Assembly: GCA_963726265.1 (NCBI GenBank)
Contig: CAVSBQ010000002.1
Location: 1-64,000, forward strand
Reading direction: 5' to 3'
Length of the DNA: 64,000 nucleotides
From: Candidatus Aenigmatarchaeota archaeon
GTDB taxonomy: Archaea > Aenigmatarchaeota > Aenigmatarchaeia > QMZP01 > QMZT01
Within the stretch, counting starts at the first letter, position 1; every line of letters begins with the position of its first letter. The position numbers were made by a program, and so were the translations under genes. The notes beneath the pieces are model-generated. The model was not told where the DNA came from and searched no databases. It worked only from the letters and a program-made list of their open reading frames with translations. Of the stretch, positions 20,544 through 32,120 are shown piece after piece.

Positions 20544-23500
20544 TCACGGGCCCGCAGGAACCAGGCACTGGCAACATCCACAAATACATAACCAACAACA
20601 CAGTGATAGAGCTCACGTGCACTGACCAGCAGCCACACCCATCAGACCATGTGACCCTTAACTGGCAACTCTACTGGAGCCAGAGCTGCGTCGAGCCGAA
20701 TTGGCAGCCGATAGACAGCGGCAGCGAGACTGACGGCAACGTTCAGTTAACGAACCTTGAAGATTCGTGCCACAAGCTTGTCTACTACTGCGCGGACATC
20801 CTTGGCAACACGGAAGACACGCAGGTCGAGATAGACGCGGTCGACAACAAATACCCGCTTGTGCACAAGGATGTCGGCCAGTTCAAGTATCCGTATTCAG
20901 GCGCACCTTTCATGTACATAGAAGCCTACGATGTTGAGGACGCACCTGTGTATGTGACGCAGGGGACCCCGATAACACTGACATGCGAAGACCAGAACCC
21001 GCACCCGGTCGACCAGGTCAAGATATACTACAAATATTACGTGGACGGGATAATCAACGATACGCAGGGCGAGGACTGGACCCTTTACGGCGGCCAGTTC
21101 ACTTACCCAGAGGACACATACCACGAGCTGTATTATTATTGCATAGACAAGCTCGGCAACAAGGGACCGACGCACGTCGAGATGGACATAGTCGACACGC
21201 AGAAACCCCAGACTGTGAAGACCATCACTGGTCCGCAGTTCAACGGCCAGGGCAACATACACAAGTACATAACGAAAGATTCGGTAATTGACCTTACATG
21301 CACGGATCCGCAGCCTCATCCGGTAGACCACGTAACCCTTAACTGGAAACTCTACTGGAGCCAGAACTGCGTCGAACCTTTATGGACGCAGATAGGCAGC
21401 GGCAGCGAGACTGACGGCAACGTTCAGTTAACGAACCTTGAAGATTCGTGCCACAAGCTTGTCTATTACTGCGTCGATGCCCTGAACAACATTGAAAGCA
21501 CTCAGGAAGAAATAGACGCGGTCGACAACCAGGCGCCGAACGGCACCAAGAACGTCGGCAACCCGGCTATACCTTGCATTCAGATGCCACCCGTTGACGG
21601 ACCTGGTTTGACGATGACAGTTGCACCGCAGCCCGACTGCTACTGGGTCCGCGACCACGTCACAAACATAACGCTTGACTGCACTGACGCACAGCCTCAC
21701 CCAATCGGCGGAGAGGTAATGTGCTACCAGATAAAGTTCGACGGCGAAACCTCAGACCTTACACAGCAATACTGCACGCAGTTCGGCGGCAAGATGGAAG
21801 ACGGATGGTGCTGCGCTGACGTAGCAGGCGAAAAGAGCTACAAATTCGACTTCCAGGAAGATTCCGTTCACACGCTTGAATACTACTGCAAGGACGCTTT
21901 CAACAACCAGAACCTGAAAGACCTTGAGACGTTCAAGGTCGATTCAGTCCCGCCAACGACGATAAAGACGTACATCAATCCGTTCTACGTGGACCCGCAG
22001 ACAGGCTATCATTACATAGACACGGCATCGAGGGTCAATCTCACGGCGACTGACGGCGGAGCCATCTGCCACGTCGAAGGCATGACGACATACTACTGGT
22101 ACACGGTCGTACCTGATAACTATTGCACGGGAGCATGCGCCCCGATGGAGCACAAGGAATGGAGCGTCTACTCCGAGCCCTTCGGAATCCCGGAGGAATC
22201 GTGCCACCTTATAGAGTTCTACAGCGTGGACGCGCTGGGCAACAAGGAGCAGAAGCACTACCAGTGTGTGTTCGTCGACAAGAAGGCGCCTGTGACGACG
22301 AAGAGCTACGGGACCCCGAGATATCCAAACGATGCGTTGCATCCGAAGTGGATAAACTCCAGCACGGACATAACGCTGACGGCCGTGGACCAGACGCCAC
22401 ATCCGTCCGGAGTCAAGGAATTGAATTACAGGGTAACCCTTGTGGACAAAGACTATTGCGAGAACACTGAGCTTTGCCTGCGCGGAGTGCCAGGCCTCGA
22501 CAAAGCGTACGACAAGGCATCGCCATTGCTTTATGGCGTTGATGGCAGCGCGAGCTACACGTTCAGGATACCCGACGACTCGTGCCACATGATAGAATAC
22601 TACAGCGTAGACAATGTTGGCAAGACAGAACCGGTCAGAAGACAGTGCGTATACGTGGACAACCTGCCGCCGAATTCGACGAAGACTTTCGACGGCTTCA
22701 ACATGACATGCGACCAGCTGCCCTGCAAGAGCGCGGGCGACTGCAACTACTACATAAACAAGGACACGAAGATAGTCCTGAGCTGCACAGACCAGAACCC
22801 GCACCCGGTCGACCAGGTCAAGATAATGTACAGATACTTCCTGGACGACGTAATCAATGCAACGCAGGGCAAGGACTGGACCTTATACGATCCGCAGAAT
22901 CCGATACAATACAATGAAGATTCAAAGCACACTCTCGAATGGTACTGCGAGGACGCCCTCGGCAACAGGGAAACGACTCACACCCAGGTAGAGAGAGTAG
23001 ACACGACCCCGCCGACAACGGTCAAGACGTTCAGCGGCCCGACATACCCGTTAGACGAGGCTAATCCCAACTACTGGGTGACATCGGACACCGCGATAAC
23101 GCTGACGACGACTGACGGCGGACCGATATGCGCGGCAGGACCTGCAACACTTTATTATCAGGTGTGGTGGGACTCCAACTGCGACGGAACTGTCGACACT
23201 AAACAGGTGGACAGCCACGTGCACACGGACGCGAACTGCAACCTCAACAAGACATTATATCTTCAGAAGGAATGCCTTCACGAGATAAAGTGGCATGCAG
23301 TTGACGCGCTCGGCAACGTCGAGACAGAGCACGTGCAGTTCCACAAAGTCGACAACACTCCTCCGCACGTCCTGATACTGAAGCCGGTTGACGGCTGGTA
23401 TTCTGACGGCGAGGACATAGCGATTGTCACTGAAGCCGAAGACCTGAACAACGTGAACAGCTCTTGCGAACAGAGAGGCGGTGTTTGCGATGTGATAGGC

Positions 23501-26500
23501 ATCGGCATATCCTGCGGCAATCCGAACGACTGCAACGGCCTTGGTACAAACTGCGCGGTCGGCATAGCCGAGGATGCGCAGTGCTACGCGTACCTTGTCG
23601 ACGTTGAGAGGACGATTGACAACATAAGGGACAAGAAGATACAGCAGATAATGATAGAGAACATGTCGCTTGACACTGACGGCACGCTGCTTTACAACAA
23701 GGCAACCAAGCAGTGCGAAGGCTACGCCACAATCCCGGCCGAGAGCGGTCTTGAGGATGGCATAAAGATACTTGTCGTCGGAGTCGCGGACAACCTGCAC
23801 AACTACGCAGACAGCCTTGACGAGATAGGCAGGGCCATAAACGAGAGATGCGGCTGCGACGTCTTCGACATGTGCGACAGCGAATGCGTCAGGGACGCAT
23901 TGCAGGACATAGTATTAATATGGAACCTGCCGAAGATCGGCATAGACAACCACGCTCCAGTCGTGGAGATAACTGCGCCTTCAGAGAACTCGCTGTTCGG
24001 CGGCGAACAGGTATACGTTAGCGCCGAAGTGAGCGATTCCGAGAGCGGCCAGGTAACCTCGACGATAACGAGCGGCACGCCATGCTACATAACGCTTGGC
24101 GGCGTCTCGATGGGATCTGTCCCGTACCAGAACGACGCGAGAAAATGCGCGGGAACCATAATGATACCCGAGGACAACGACTTCCCGCAGGGAACGCAGA
24201 GCCTCGAGGTTAGTGTAGCCGACAACGCGGGCAACATCGGAAGCGATTCGATAAACGTTAACGTTGACACTACAAAGCCGGAAATATACGTCGACTACCC
24301 TGATGAAAACATGTTCGTAAAGGGCACGGTCGGCGTAGAAATTGTGGTCAGAGACTCCAACCTTCCCGGCGAGCCGACATCGTCAGACCCGAAAGACCTG
24401 CACGAATACGTCGAGGTCTCCACGGACAACGGCCAGACATGGGAAGTAACCGAGAACTGCGCCTACTGGGGCGTTGGCCACTACAAATGCACTTACAGCT
24501 GGGACACGACCAGCGAAACTGACGGCATGGCATACGGCATAGTCGCGCAGAATGACCGACCTTGCCGACAACACGCAGATACTCCGAGGCCGTGCTCGTG
24601 ATAGTCGACAACGGCGCGCCGGAAGGCGTGTACATGGTCGACCCGGTCAAGGACAAGATAGTGCAGGGCACGATAACGCTTAAAGCGCTCGCCACGGATT
24701 ACGTGAGCGGCGTGACAGGCGTCAATATATACGTCAACAGCGTCCCGTCATTCAATTGCGTTGCAACATTAGTTGGCGGGACATGGCAATGCAGTTTCAA
24801 CAGCGCGACATTGCCTGACGGACAGCACAGCGCATATGCGGTTGCGACTGACAAGCTTGGTCAGACAACGACATCGGCGAGCGTGCCGTTCATCATTGAC
24901 AACAACGCGCCAAGCACCCCCGTGCTTAGCATATACCCGACAACGAATGGCTACGACACCGACGGCGTGGTGACATGGAAATGGACTGACGCTACGGATG
25001 CCGGTTCAGGCATAGATTATTATGTAATAGAAATAGGCAGCCCCGTCGTGTACCAGAGCAAGGTCTTTGGAACAATATTCACCATAAGCGACCTTTCAGA
25101 GACGTCTCATTGCGCAAAGGTAAAGGCTGTCGACAAGGCGGGCCATGAAAGCGCATGGTCAAGTACAGCATGCACAATAGTTGACAAGACACCGCCGTCA
25201 CCGGTCAGCATAGGCGTTGACACGGAGACTGTGGACAAATTTGCCGGCGGAGTCTACTACGACAGGGACGGCGAATTCGACGTGATCTGGAGCGGTGGCA
25301 GCGACGCGAAGTTCGACCACTTCCAGCTTTACGAGAACGGCGCCGGCGAATACCAGGACACGAACTACAGGTCAACTAGATTCAAGGAAGACGGAACATA
25401 CAAATATTACGTGACCTCGAACGACCTTGCAGGCTGGACGACCAAATCAGGCGAAGTCACGGTCGTGGTTGACACGCACGCGCCAGTCGTGGACATAACA
25501 AACATGTATCCGGGAATAGGATTCTTCCTGTTCACGTACACGGCCACCGACGCTGACCCGAGCTCTGGCATAGACTCGCTGGTAGTCAGCGGCATAGAAG
25601 GGCCGGCCTACGGCATTTGCTCAGGAACGCTTCCGACTGGCTTCTGCACGGTGTTCATGGGAACAGCGGCGAAGCTGACAGCATGCGACAAGGCAGGCAA
25701 CTGCGGCTACGACACGACACTCGGAAACCACGCTGACATAACGCCACCGACAATAATCTACTCTTCACCCAGCGGCGTGATAAAGTACAACCAGGTCACA
25801 ATTAACGTAACCACGGACGAGGCTGCAAGCTGCTACTACAGCGATGTCGACGACCTTGAAGGCATGGATGACATGATCAGCAACGACATGATACATCACT
25901 CGGTCAGCCTAGGCACGCTTGCGGACGGCCTGTACGTCTACCACGTGCAGTGCGAGGACATGTCGGGCAACATGATGGACCACTCGAAGACGATAGTCTT
26001 CTACGTGAACACCGACAGCCAGTATTGCTACAGAACAGAAGAACTTAAGGCGGGATGGAACACGTTCTTCCTGCCGCAGCTTGTCTTGGACGACATCAAC
26101 TTCAACTGCGGTAGCAAGCCGTACGCGACTGAAGACGTGCTGAGTTCAATGGAAGGCAAGTATAGCATAATCTGGTACTATGATGGTCAAAACTGGCTTT
26201 CATATGACCCGATGTATCCGGAATACTCGACACTTACGCAGTTCAACGACCAGTTAAGTAATCCATACTACATAAAGCTGACCGAGCCTGTGAAGCTCGG
26301 CTTACAGTGTGACCAGGGATGTCAAAAGGAAGTGACAGGCGGCCAGTGCGTCGAAGGCGAGCAGCCTTCATGGGCGATATACAAGGACGGTCTTTACTGG
26401 GCATGGGCTTCGCCTTGCGACGGCGGATGCAGCCAGGCATATCCGAACAACGTTCCGGGATGGAGATACGCTACTGTAGAAGAATGGGCCAACAGGCCTC

Positions 26501-26886
26501 TCAAGAGCGACTTCCTGGTGAATGACATCCTGATATGTGGGTCACAGTATTTCGACAACTATCACACTCATTGCGACTATGAAAACCCTGAGGTCAGAGT
26601 TCCTTACGGCGGCTATTACGAGCTGTGGTTCGTGACAGACTGCACGAACACCCCGGTATGCGGCAACGACGTGACTGAGATAGGGGAGGAGTGCGACGAT
26701 GCCAACACAGTCAATGGTGATGGCTGCTCGGACACGTGCCTGATTGAAAGCGCCGAAAGAAGCATGTCCCCTGAGATAAACACCTATGTATGTGATGACG
26801 GAATAGACAACGACGGCAATGGCCTTATAGACTGCGCTGACCCGGGTTGCACTTACAATACCTATTGCTACGGGGGAGATGTCTAA
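20462..26886 (+). CDS. Giant Ig-like repeat, Cys-rich surface protein; 5'-truncated, frameshift near 24555
   Basis: Repeated 'ItLtC.D..PHP...H.l.YYc.D.lGN...vD...P' modules. C-terminal CGN....GEECDD.N...GDGC and CDDGIDNDGNGLIDCADPGC. The frame is open from 20435 with no ATG or signal peptide. Confidence 0.8.
20716..21465 (+). repeat. 69-bp identical intragenic direct repeat (20716-20784 and 21397-21465)
   Basis: The sequence cagcggcagcgagactgacggcaac...cacaagcttgtcta occurs twice, 681 nt apart. Confidence 0.85.
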
Positions 26887-26976
26887 ATCCCCATTCCTCT
26901 TTTATTCACTGTTCAGGAGGAAAAATAATCCGAAAGGTATATAAAGATAGATTACATATAAAAAGTAAGGTAAAAT

Positions 26977-28176
26977 ATGAAAAATAACTTCGCTTTATCC
27001 GGAATCGTTTTTATAACACTTGTTTCAATTTTTTCGAGTTCAGCTTTCGCAACGCCATCATGCGTTTTTGCCGGCAACGTTACAGTAAACGGGAACGCTG
27101 TAGCCGGAAATAGCGTTCACGCCTATCTCAACGGAACAGGAGAGTACCTGGCGACCGGAATTCCTGGCTATCCAGATGGTAAATACAACATTCCGATTGA
27201 AGGCAATGATGGCAAATACATCATATTCAAGGTTGAAAATAGCAGCCTTCCGTTCAACAACACGGTCGAACAAGGACCCCAACTCTGTAACAATCCTAAC
27301 AATTATACAATTGTTCATCTGACTGTTGTTGATGATGACAGCGATGGTTATGCGCCACCGGAAGACTGCAACGACAACGACGCAGCGATCCATCCCGGCG
27401 CGACCGAGCTCTGCAACGGCATTGACGACAACTGTAACGGACAAATTGATGAAGGCTCATATTATTGCGACAACGATGGCGATGCTTATGTTAGCAAAGT
27501 CCTTGGCAGCTGCACCGTAGGCAAGAGCTGCGGGACGACCGCTGGAAACGACTGCAACGACGGCAATGCTGCGATTCACCCCGGTGCGACTGACCTCTGC
27601 GATGGCATAGACAACGACTGCGACGGCATCGATAATGGATGCGGCGGCGGTGGCGGAGGGGGCGGCGGAGGCGGTGGCGGAGCCAGCGCTTACTGCGGTG
27701 ACGGAATCCTCCAGAAATACAGGGGAGAGGAATGCGAAGCGGATTCGGACTGCGAGACTGATTTTGTTTGTAATACCACATGCAGCTGCGTGCCATGCAC
27801 TGAGTCATGGAACTGCGGAGCCTGGGGCGAATGCTCAACAGGCGGCGTGCAGACGAGAACCTGCACCGATGCGAATGCATGCGGCACGACCCTGCAGAAG
27901 CCTACCGAGAGCCAGACGTGCACGACAGGCGGCAGCGGCTCATCTTCAACGACGCCGCTGACTGTCGTTTGCGGCAACGACGTATGCGACGAAGGCGAGA
28001 CCTGCGAGACGTGCGAAGAGGACTGCGGCGCATGCGCTGGCGCAACGAACCAGGGACTCCTGGGCGGCATCACGGGCATGTTCATGGGAACCCAGGGAGC
28101 TGCGATGCTCGGCCTGATGGCGCTGCTGATAGTGCTGCTCCTGCTTTTGCTGACCATGAAGAGAAAAAAGAAGTAA
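26977..28176 (+). CDS. Membrane-anchored Cys-rich surface protein with putative metal-binding repeats
   Basis: Signal peptide, two DCND..AAIHPGAT.LC.GID..C.G motifs, poly-Gly linker, C-terminal TM helix plus KRKKK. Confidence 0.85.
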   Translation: MKNNFALSGIVFITLVSIFSSSAFATPSCVFAGNVTVNGNAVAGNSVHAYLNGTGEYLATGIPGYPDGKYNIPIEGNDGKYIIFKVENSSLPFNNTVEQGPQLCNNPNNYTIVHLTVVDDDSDGYAPPEDCNDNDAAIHPGATELCNGIDDNCNGQIDEGSYYCDNDGDAYVSKVLGSCTVGKSCGTTAGNDCNDGNAAIHPGATDLCDGIDNDCDGIDNGCGGGGGGGGGGGGGASAYCGDGILQKYRGEECEADSDCETDFVCNTTCSCVPCTESWNCGAWGECSTGGVQTRTCTDANACGTTLQKPTESQTCTTGGSGSSSTTPLTVVCGNDVCDEGETCETCEEDCGACAGATNQGLLGGITGMFMGTQGAAMLGLMALLIVLLLLLLTMKRKKK

Positions 28177-28309
28177 GCGGATGCAGAAGTAAATGCCTTT
28201 TTAGCTTTTTGAACTTTTTATAAACGCCATCATTCCAATATAATAATAAGCGGGTTTCCTTCAAAACCAAATGAAATAGATACATTTGAAAGGATAAGAG
28301 GTGGGCCCA

Positions 28310-28489
28310 ATGGCTGAAATATGCCCAGATTGCGAAATAGAAATGAAAGAAGGAGTCAAGAAGTGTTTTGGCAATCCAATCAACATAGACGTAGAAGTTC
28401 CAGTGGAGATTTGCCCAAGATGCGGCTTTAGCGTCGTCTCAGAAGAACATATAGGGACAATAAAAAAGGCACTGAAAGGGAAATGTTAA
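28310..28489 (+). CDS. YgiT/MqsA-type zinc finger small protein
   Basis: ICPDC...VPVEICPRCG; GAGGTG upstream. Confidence 0.7.
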   Translation: MAEICPDCEIEMKEGVKKCFGNPINIDVEVPVEICPRCGFSVVSEEHIGTIKKALKGKC

Positions 28490-28565
28490 ACTAAAGGTTA
28501 ATTTTGTTATTTTTACATTTAGAACTAGTTAATTTTCAGTCATTCAAAAAAGCCTGTCCTTGCTC

Positions 28566-28979
28566 TTATATTTCCCTTTCAGTCTTTACTTTAATGCCGT
28601 TCTTCTTCAGGAGCGCGGCGAAGACGCCGTCTCCTTTCACCAGTTTGCTGGAGAACGTGCCGTCATAGATTTCGCCGCAGCCGCAGGAAGGCGAGCGCGA
28701 CGCTAGTATCGCTTCCCTGCACTTCGCCTTTCGCGCGATTTCCAGGCTCCTTTTCGCACCTTTGACGAAAGCGAGGGTCACGTCCCTGCCTTCGCAGGTG
28801 AAGACGCGGCCGTTGATTATCTCCGCTGCGGGCCTCGGCGTGGGCAGGCCTCCCAGTTGTTCCGGACATACGGGAACGGCTTCGCCCTTCCTCACCATTT
28901 CCATGACTTTCGGATGCGGCTTCGCCTTCCCGTCGTATCTGGTTTTCATGCCTGCAAGGCAGGCGCTTACCAGCTTCAT
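28566..28979 (-). CDS. DUF523 / 2-thiouracil desulfurase family protein
   Basis: LVSACL, RYDG, VCPEQLGGLPTPR and SPSCG. Confidence 0.9.
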   Translation of the reverse strand: MKLVSACLAGMKTRYDGKAKPHPKVMEMVRKGEAVPVCPEQLGGLPTPRPAAEIINGRVFTCEGRDVTLAFVKGAKRSLEIARKAKCREAILASRSPSCGCGEIYDGTFSSKLVKGDGVFAALLKKNGIKVKTEREI

Positions 28980-28991
28980 AAAAATCAACTC

Positions 28992-29594
28992 TCATTTGCC
29001 GAACAGGGGCTTTGTTTTTGCCTCTATTTTTTTTGCCCCCCTTATGCCCTCTATCCTTTTCAGATATTCGGCCAGCTTCTCCTTTCTGACTTTTTTCGCC
29101 AGTTCAGGCAGGATTTCGTCAAGGAACGGATAGTTGCAATATATCAGGTCTATCAGCGTTTTTTCCGGGTCGGAAACCCTTATCCAGTCCTTCGCCTCTT
29201 CCATGTATTCTGTTTCGTATCCGAAATATAGCTTCTTGCTTATGCTCCGGATTATCACATTCCTTCCGGCGACGACCCTTTCTCCGACCTTTATTTTCAG
29301 CGGCGCACGCGTAGTCAGAACATCGACGTTCGGAATCTGGTCCCATACGCCATGAATGAATGCCGCTGTCCCGAGACCCACGTACGCTTCGCCTAGCGGT
29401 ATGACTATCAGATAAGGCGAATTCCTGAACGAATACCATCCCTTTATCAGCTCAATTATCCTGCCCCTTTTCTTCAGGTTGTGAATGAAAACCTTGGCGT
29501 AATTTTTTCCCATCCTGCCTTCAATGGTCCTGAAGCTGAATGCGCTGGCATTCTCCAGCTTTTCAGTGAACTCCCTGTAATTATTTTTCAGCAT
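28992..29594 (-). CDS. AbiEi-like antitoxin
   Basis: IIELIKGWY, AYVGL..A..HG..DQIP and SDPEKTLID. Confidence 0.8.
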   Translation of the reverse strand: MLKNNYREFTEKLENASAFSFRTIEGRMGKNYAKVFIHNLKKRGRIIELIKGWYSFRNSPYLIVIPLGEAYVGLGTAAFIHGVWDQIPNVDVLTTRAPLKIKVGERVVAGRNVIIRSISKKLYFGYETEYMEEAKDWIRVSDPEKTLIDLIYCNYPFLDEILPELAKKVRKEKLAEYLKRIEGIRGAKKIEAKTKPLFGK

Positions 29595-30228
29595 ACATCT
29601 TCACCTTTCTGACCATCGTTTCAAATTCCGGAGCTTTGCCGATAAGAATAAGCTCTTTCAGGCCGCTAAAATCTGCAGGCGGCGCGTTGAGGAATGGCAG
29701 CACGCCTTTAATGGTGGTCTTGGCTTCCGGGCCAGTCGCATTGTCCAGCAGATAGAAAATGTCATACAAATCCCTGACCTTGCCCCTGTCTTTGAAAGCG
29801 TCGATTTTTTCTCTGATCAGTTCCTCCGGCGGCAGGGTTTTTAAAACTATGGAATCGCCGCCCACGAGATGAAATTCGCCATCTGCCGTGCATGTATTTT
29901 TGAATGAAGGCGAGGCATTCAGCTCGACTTCTATGCCGTTTTCCATGAATCTCGCATATAAGACATTCGAACTCGTCAGCTTGCCCCTCGTCATTCCGAA
30001 CGCCTTTGTTTTTTCGAAGTATTTCAATATTTCGGACGGGTCGGAGTAATATATGTCGATATCGAACGAGAATCTCTTGCCTTTGTAAACTCTCCATATT
30101 GCCGTGCCTCCGTGCAGGACGATCTCGAATTTTGAAACCAGTTCTATTACAAGCTTGTCCTGCAATTCTGCGATTTTCAACATCTTCCCTTTCAGTATGT
30201 TCTTCAGCGGAAATTTTTCATAACTCAT
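29581..30228 (-). CDS. AbiEii-like nucleotidyltransferase toxin
   Basis: LHGGTAI, RFSFDID, EKI.A..R.K.RDLYD. Confidence 0.88.
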   Translation of the reverse strand: MSYEKFPLKNILKGKMLKIAELQDKLVIELVSKFEIVLHGGTAIWRVYKGKRFSFDIDIYYSDPSEILKYFEKTKAFGMTRGKLTSSNVLYARFMENGIEVELNASPSFKNTCTADGEFHLVGGDSIVLKTLPPEELIREKIDAFKDRGKVRDLYDIFYLLDNATGPEAKTTIKGVLPFLNAPPADFSGLKELILIGKAPEFETMVRKVKMYAEK

Positions 30229-30236
30229 GTTTAATA

Positions 30237-30272
30237 TATACGTGGGTTATATTTAAATATAACCCAGGTATA
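30237..30272. promoter_or_regulatory. 36-bp palindrome, putative operator of the second AbiE operon
   Basis: TATACGTGGGTTATATTT|AAATATAACCCAGGTATA with one mismatch, 9 nt upstream of the toxin ATG. Confidence 0.65.
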
Positions 30273-30313
30273 AAATAAGCAGAAATTCTCTCTTTTTTAT
30301 CCGTTACCGGCTT

Positions 30314-31000
30314 TCACTCGATTTCCACGCCTGGCATTATCCATTTCGTACCCAGGCGCTTCCTGTTCTCTGCAAGCATTTTGGCAGAAAGGCTGAGTTT
30401 CGCGCGTTTCAGGTCCAGGCCGAGCAGCTTCGCGAGCGAGAGCATCTCGGACGGCGAGCGCAGGTCATAGGGTTCGACGGCGCCTGACGTGAGAACGAAC
30501 GGCGCCTTGTATTTCCTCACGAGTTTCGCGTTGTCCAGCATGTGCGAGAAAACGTCGGATCTCGTCTTCTTGTAGGAGAGCAGCAGCGACCTGAGGTTGA
30601 ATTCGATGGCTACGCCGTTCTCCTTCGCGAGCCTCGCCATGACGTGGTCGAGCCCGCTGTCGTTCCTGCCCAGCTCCGGATGCGCCAGAACGTCGATTTC
30701 GCTGGTTTCGCAGGCCTTCCTGTTGACCTCCAGGCTGCCGCCGTGGACCATTATGATCTCGGCCTTTTTCCTCGCCATGCGCGCGATTTTCGGGACGTGC
30801 TCGGGCTGGGTGGTCTCTATCTTGTAGCCGAAGCAGACGTCCAGGTTCGCCCTGGTCTTGGCTAGCGAAGCCTTAAGCTGGTCTATCGCCTCCAGCGACT
30901 TGCACACCAGGCACACGCCTTTCCATCCAAGCCCTTCCAGCGTCTTGACCATCCCCTCGAGATCGACTTCCGGATGCGCATGGTATTCGTAGAAGCTCAT
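30314..31000 (-). CDS. rnp3: RNase P protein component 3 (Rpp30)
   Basis: VHGGSLEVNRKACE, DVLAHPE, LDHVMARLAKENGVAIE and DLRSP. Confidence 0.92.
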   Translation of the reverse strand: MSFYEYHAHPEVDLEGMVKTLEGLGWKGVCLVCKSLEAIDQLKASLAKTRANLDVCFGYKIETTQPEHVPKIARMARKKAEIIMVHGGSLEVNRKACETSEIDVLAHPELGRNDSGLDHVMARLAKENGVAIEFNLRSLLLSYKKTRSDVFSHMLDNAKLVRKYKAPFVLTSGAVEPYDLRSPSEMLSLAKLLGLDLKRAKLSLSAKMLAENRKRLGTKWIMPGVEIE

Positions 31001-31062
31001 ATAAGCATAATTGTCCGGCTGTTTTAAAAATGCTTGAATCAATATGAAGGAGGAGACGTGCC

Positions 31063-31695
31063 ATGTTTGCGGACGAGTTCAGCGAGAAGCGCGAGCACAT
31101 GGTGGCCGACCTGATGGCGAACGGCTACCTCAGGAGCGAGCGCATCATAAAGGTCTTCCTCGAAACGCCTAGGCATGTTTTCACGGGCGAGGCGAACGAA
31201 CGCTTCGCCTATGCGGATTATCCAGTTCCCATCCAGTCGGGCCAGACGGTTTCTGCGCCGCACATGGTCGCGTGCATGACGGAGCTGCTGGAGCCGAAAG
31301 CGAAGGACAAAATTCTGGAAATAGGCTCGGGCTCAGGCTACCAGGCTGCGATACTCTCAAGGCTCGTCAGGAAGGTCTACACGGTCGAGATAGACGAACG
31401 GCTTGCCGCCTTCGCGCGCTCGAATCTCAGCAGCGCTGGCATAAGAAACGTCGAAATCATAGCGGCAGACGGCAGCGAAGGCTACGCGAAAGCGAAGCCC
31501 TATGACAAGATAATCGTGACCTGCGCCACCCCGGAGATATTCGCCCCGTGGCTGAAGCAGCTCAAGACGGGCGGCATGCTCATCGCGCCGGTGGGCGAAG
31601 GATTCTACCAGGAGCTGACACGTATCAAGAAGACGAAAAAAGGCCTCGAAAAGGCTAATTTCGGAGGCTGTGTCTTCGTGCCGCTGAGACGCTGA
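31063..31695 (+). CDS. pcm: Protein-L-isoaspartate O-methyltransferase
   Basis: AYADYP, GQTVSAPHM, LEIGSGSGY and FVPL. Confidence 0.95.
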   Translation: MFADEFSEKREHMVADLMANGYLRSERIIKVFLETPRHVFTGEANERFAYADYPVPIQSGQTVSAPHMVACMTELLEPKAKDKILEIGSGSGYQAAILSRLVRKVYTVEIDERLAAFARSNLSSAGIRNVEIIAADGSEGYAKAKPYDKIIVTCATPEIFAPWLKQLKTGGMLIAPVGEGFYQELTRIKKTKKGLEKANFGGCVFVPLRR

Positions 31696-31751
31696 GCAAC
31701 CGACACATCGGTGTATAGCTGTATTTAAATAAAGGGAACAAAACCTTATTT

Positions 31752-32108
31752 ATGAAAGGCATAGCAGCTGTTGTGAACGCAATAAAGAAGGAGAAGGCGG
31801 TGGAAGCCGTATATCTTTTCGGCTCGCATGCTTCCGGAAAGGCGAAGCCGTATTCTGATATTGATTTATGCGTGATAACCGGTAAAAGAGCAAAAAAAGA
31901 ACGCATACTAAGCCACTCATCCGATAAAATCGACACGTGCGTTTTCTGGGACCTCCCGCTGAACATCAGGTTCCGGGTGATGAAGGAGGGCACACCACTC
32001 TATGTCAAAAATGAGCTCGAAATGCACAGGATAAAGGTAAACACAGTGCTTTCCTATCTCGATTTCAAGCCGTTGCTGGCAAGGCATTTTTCAAGGTTTT
32101 TGACCTGA
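31752..32108 (+). CDS. Minimal nucleotidyltransferase (MNT) antitoxin
   Basis: YLFGSHASG....SDIDL. Confidence 0.9.
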   Translation: MKGIAAVVNAIKKEKAVEAVYLFGSHASGKAKPYSDIDLCVITGKRAKKERILSHSSDKIDTCVFWDLPLNIRFRVMKEGTPLYVKNELEMHRIKVNTVLSYLDFKPLLARHFSRFLT

Positions 32109-32120
32109 TAGGTTGATAAC

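Noticed and set aside
20716..21465. Near-identical repeats as a DGR template/variable pair
   Set aside because: No reverse transcriptase, both copies are in-frame coding, and flanking mismatches are not adenine-specific.
27641..27681. GGC-rich tandem tract
   Set aside because: Ordinary poly-Gly linker in a surface protein.
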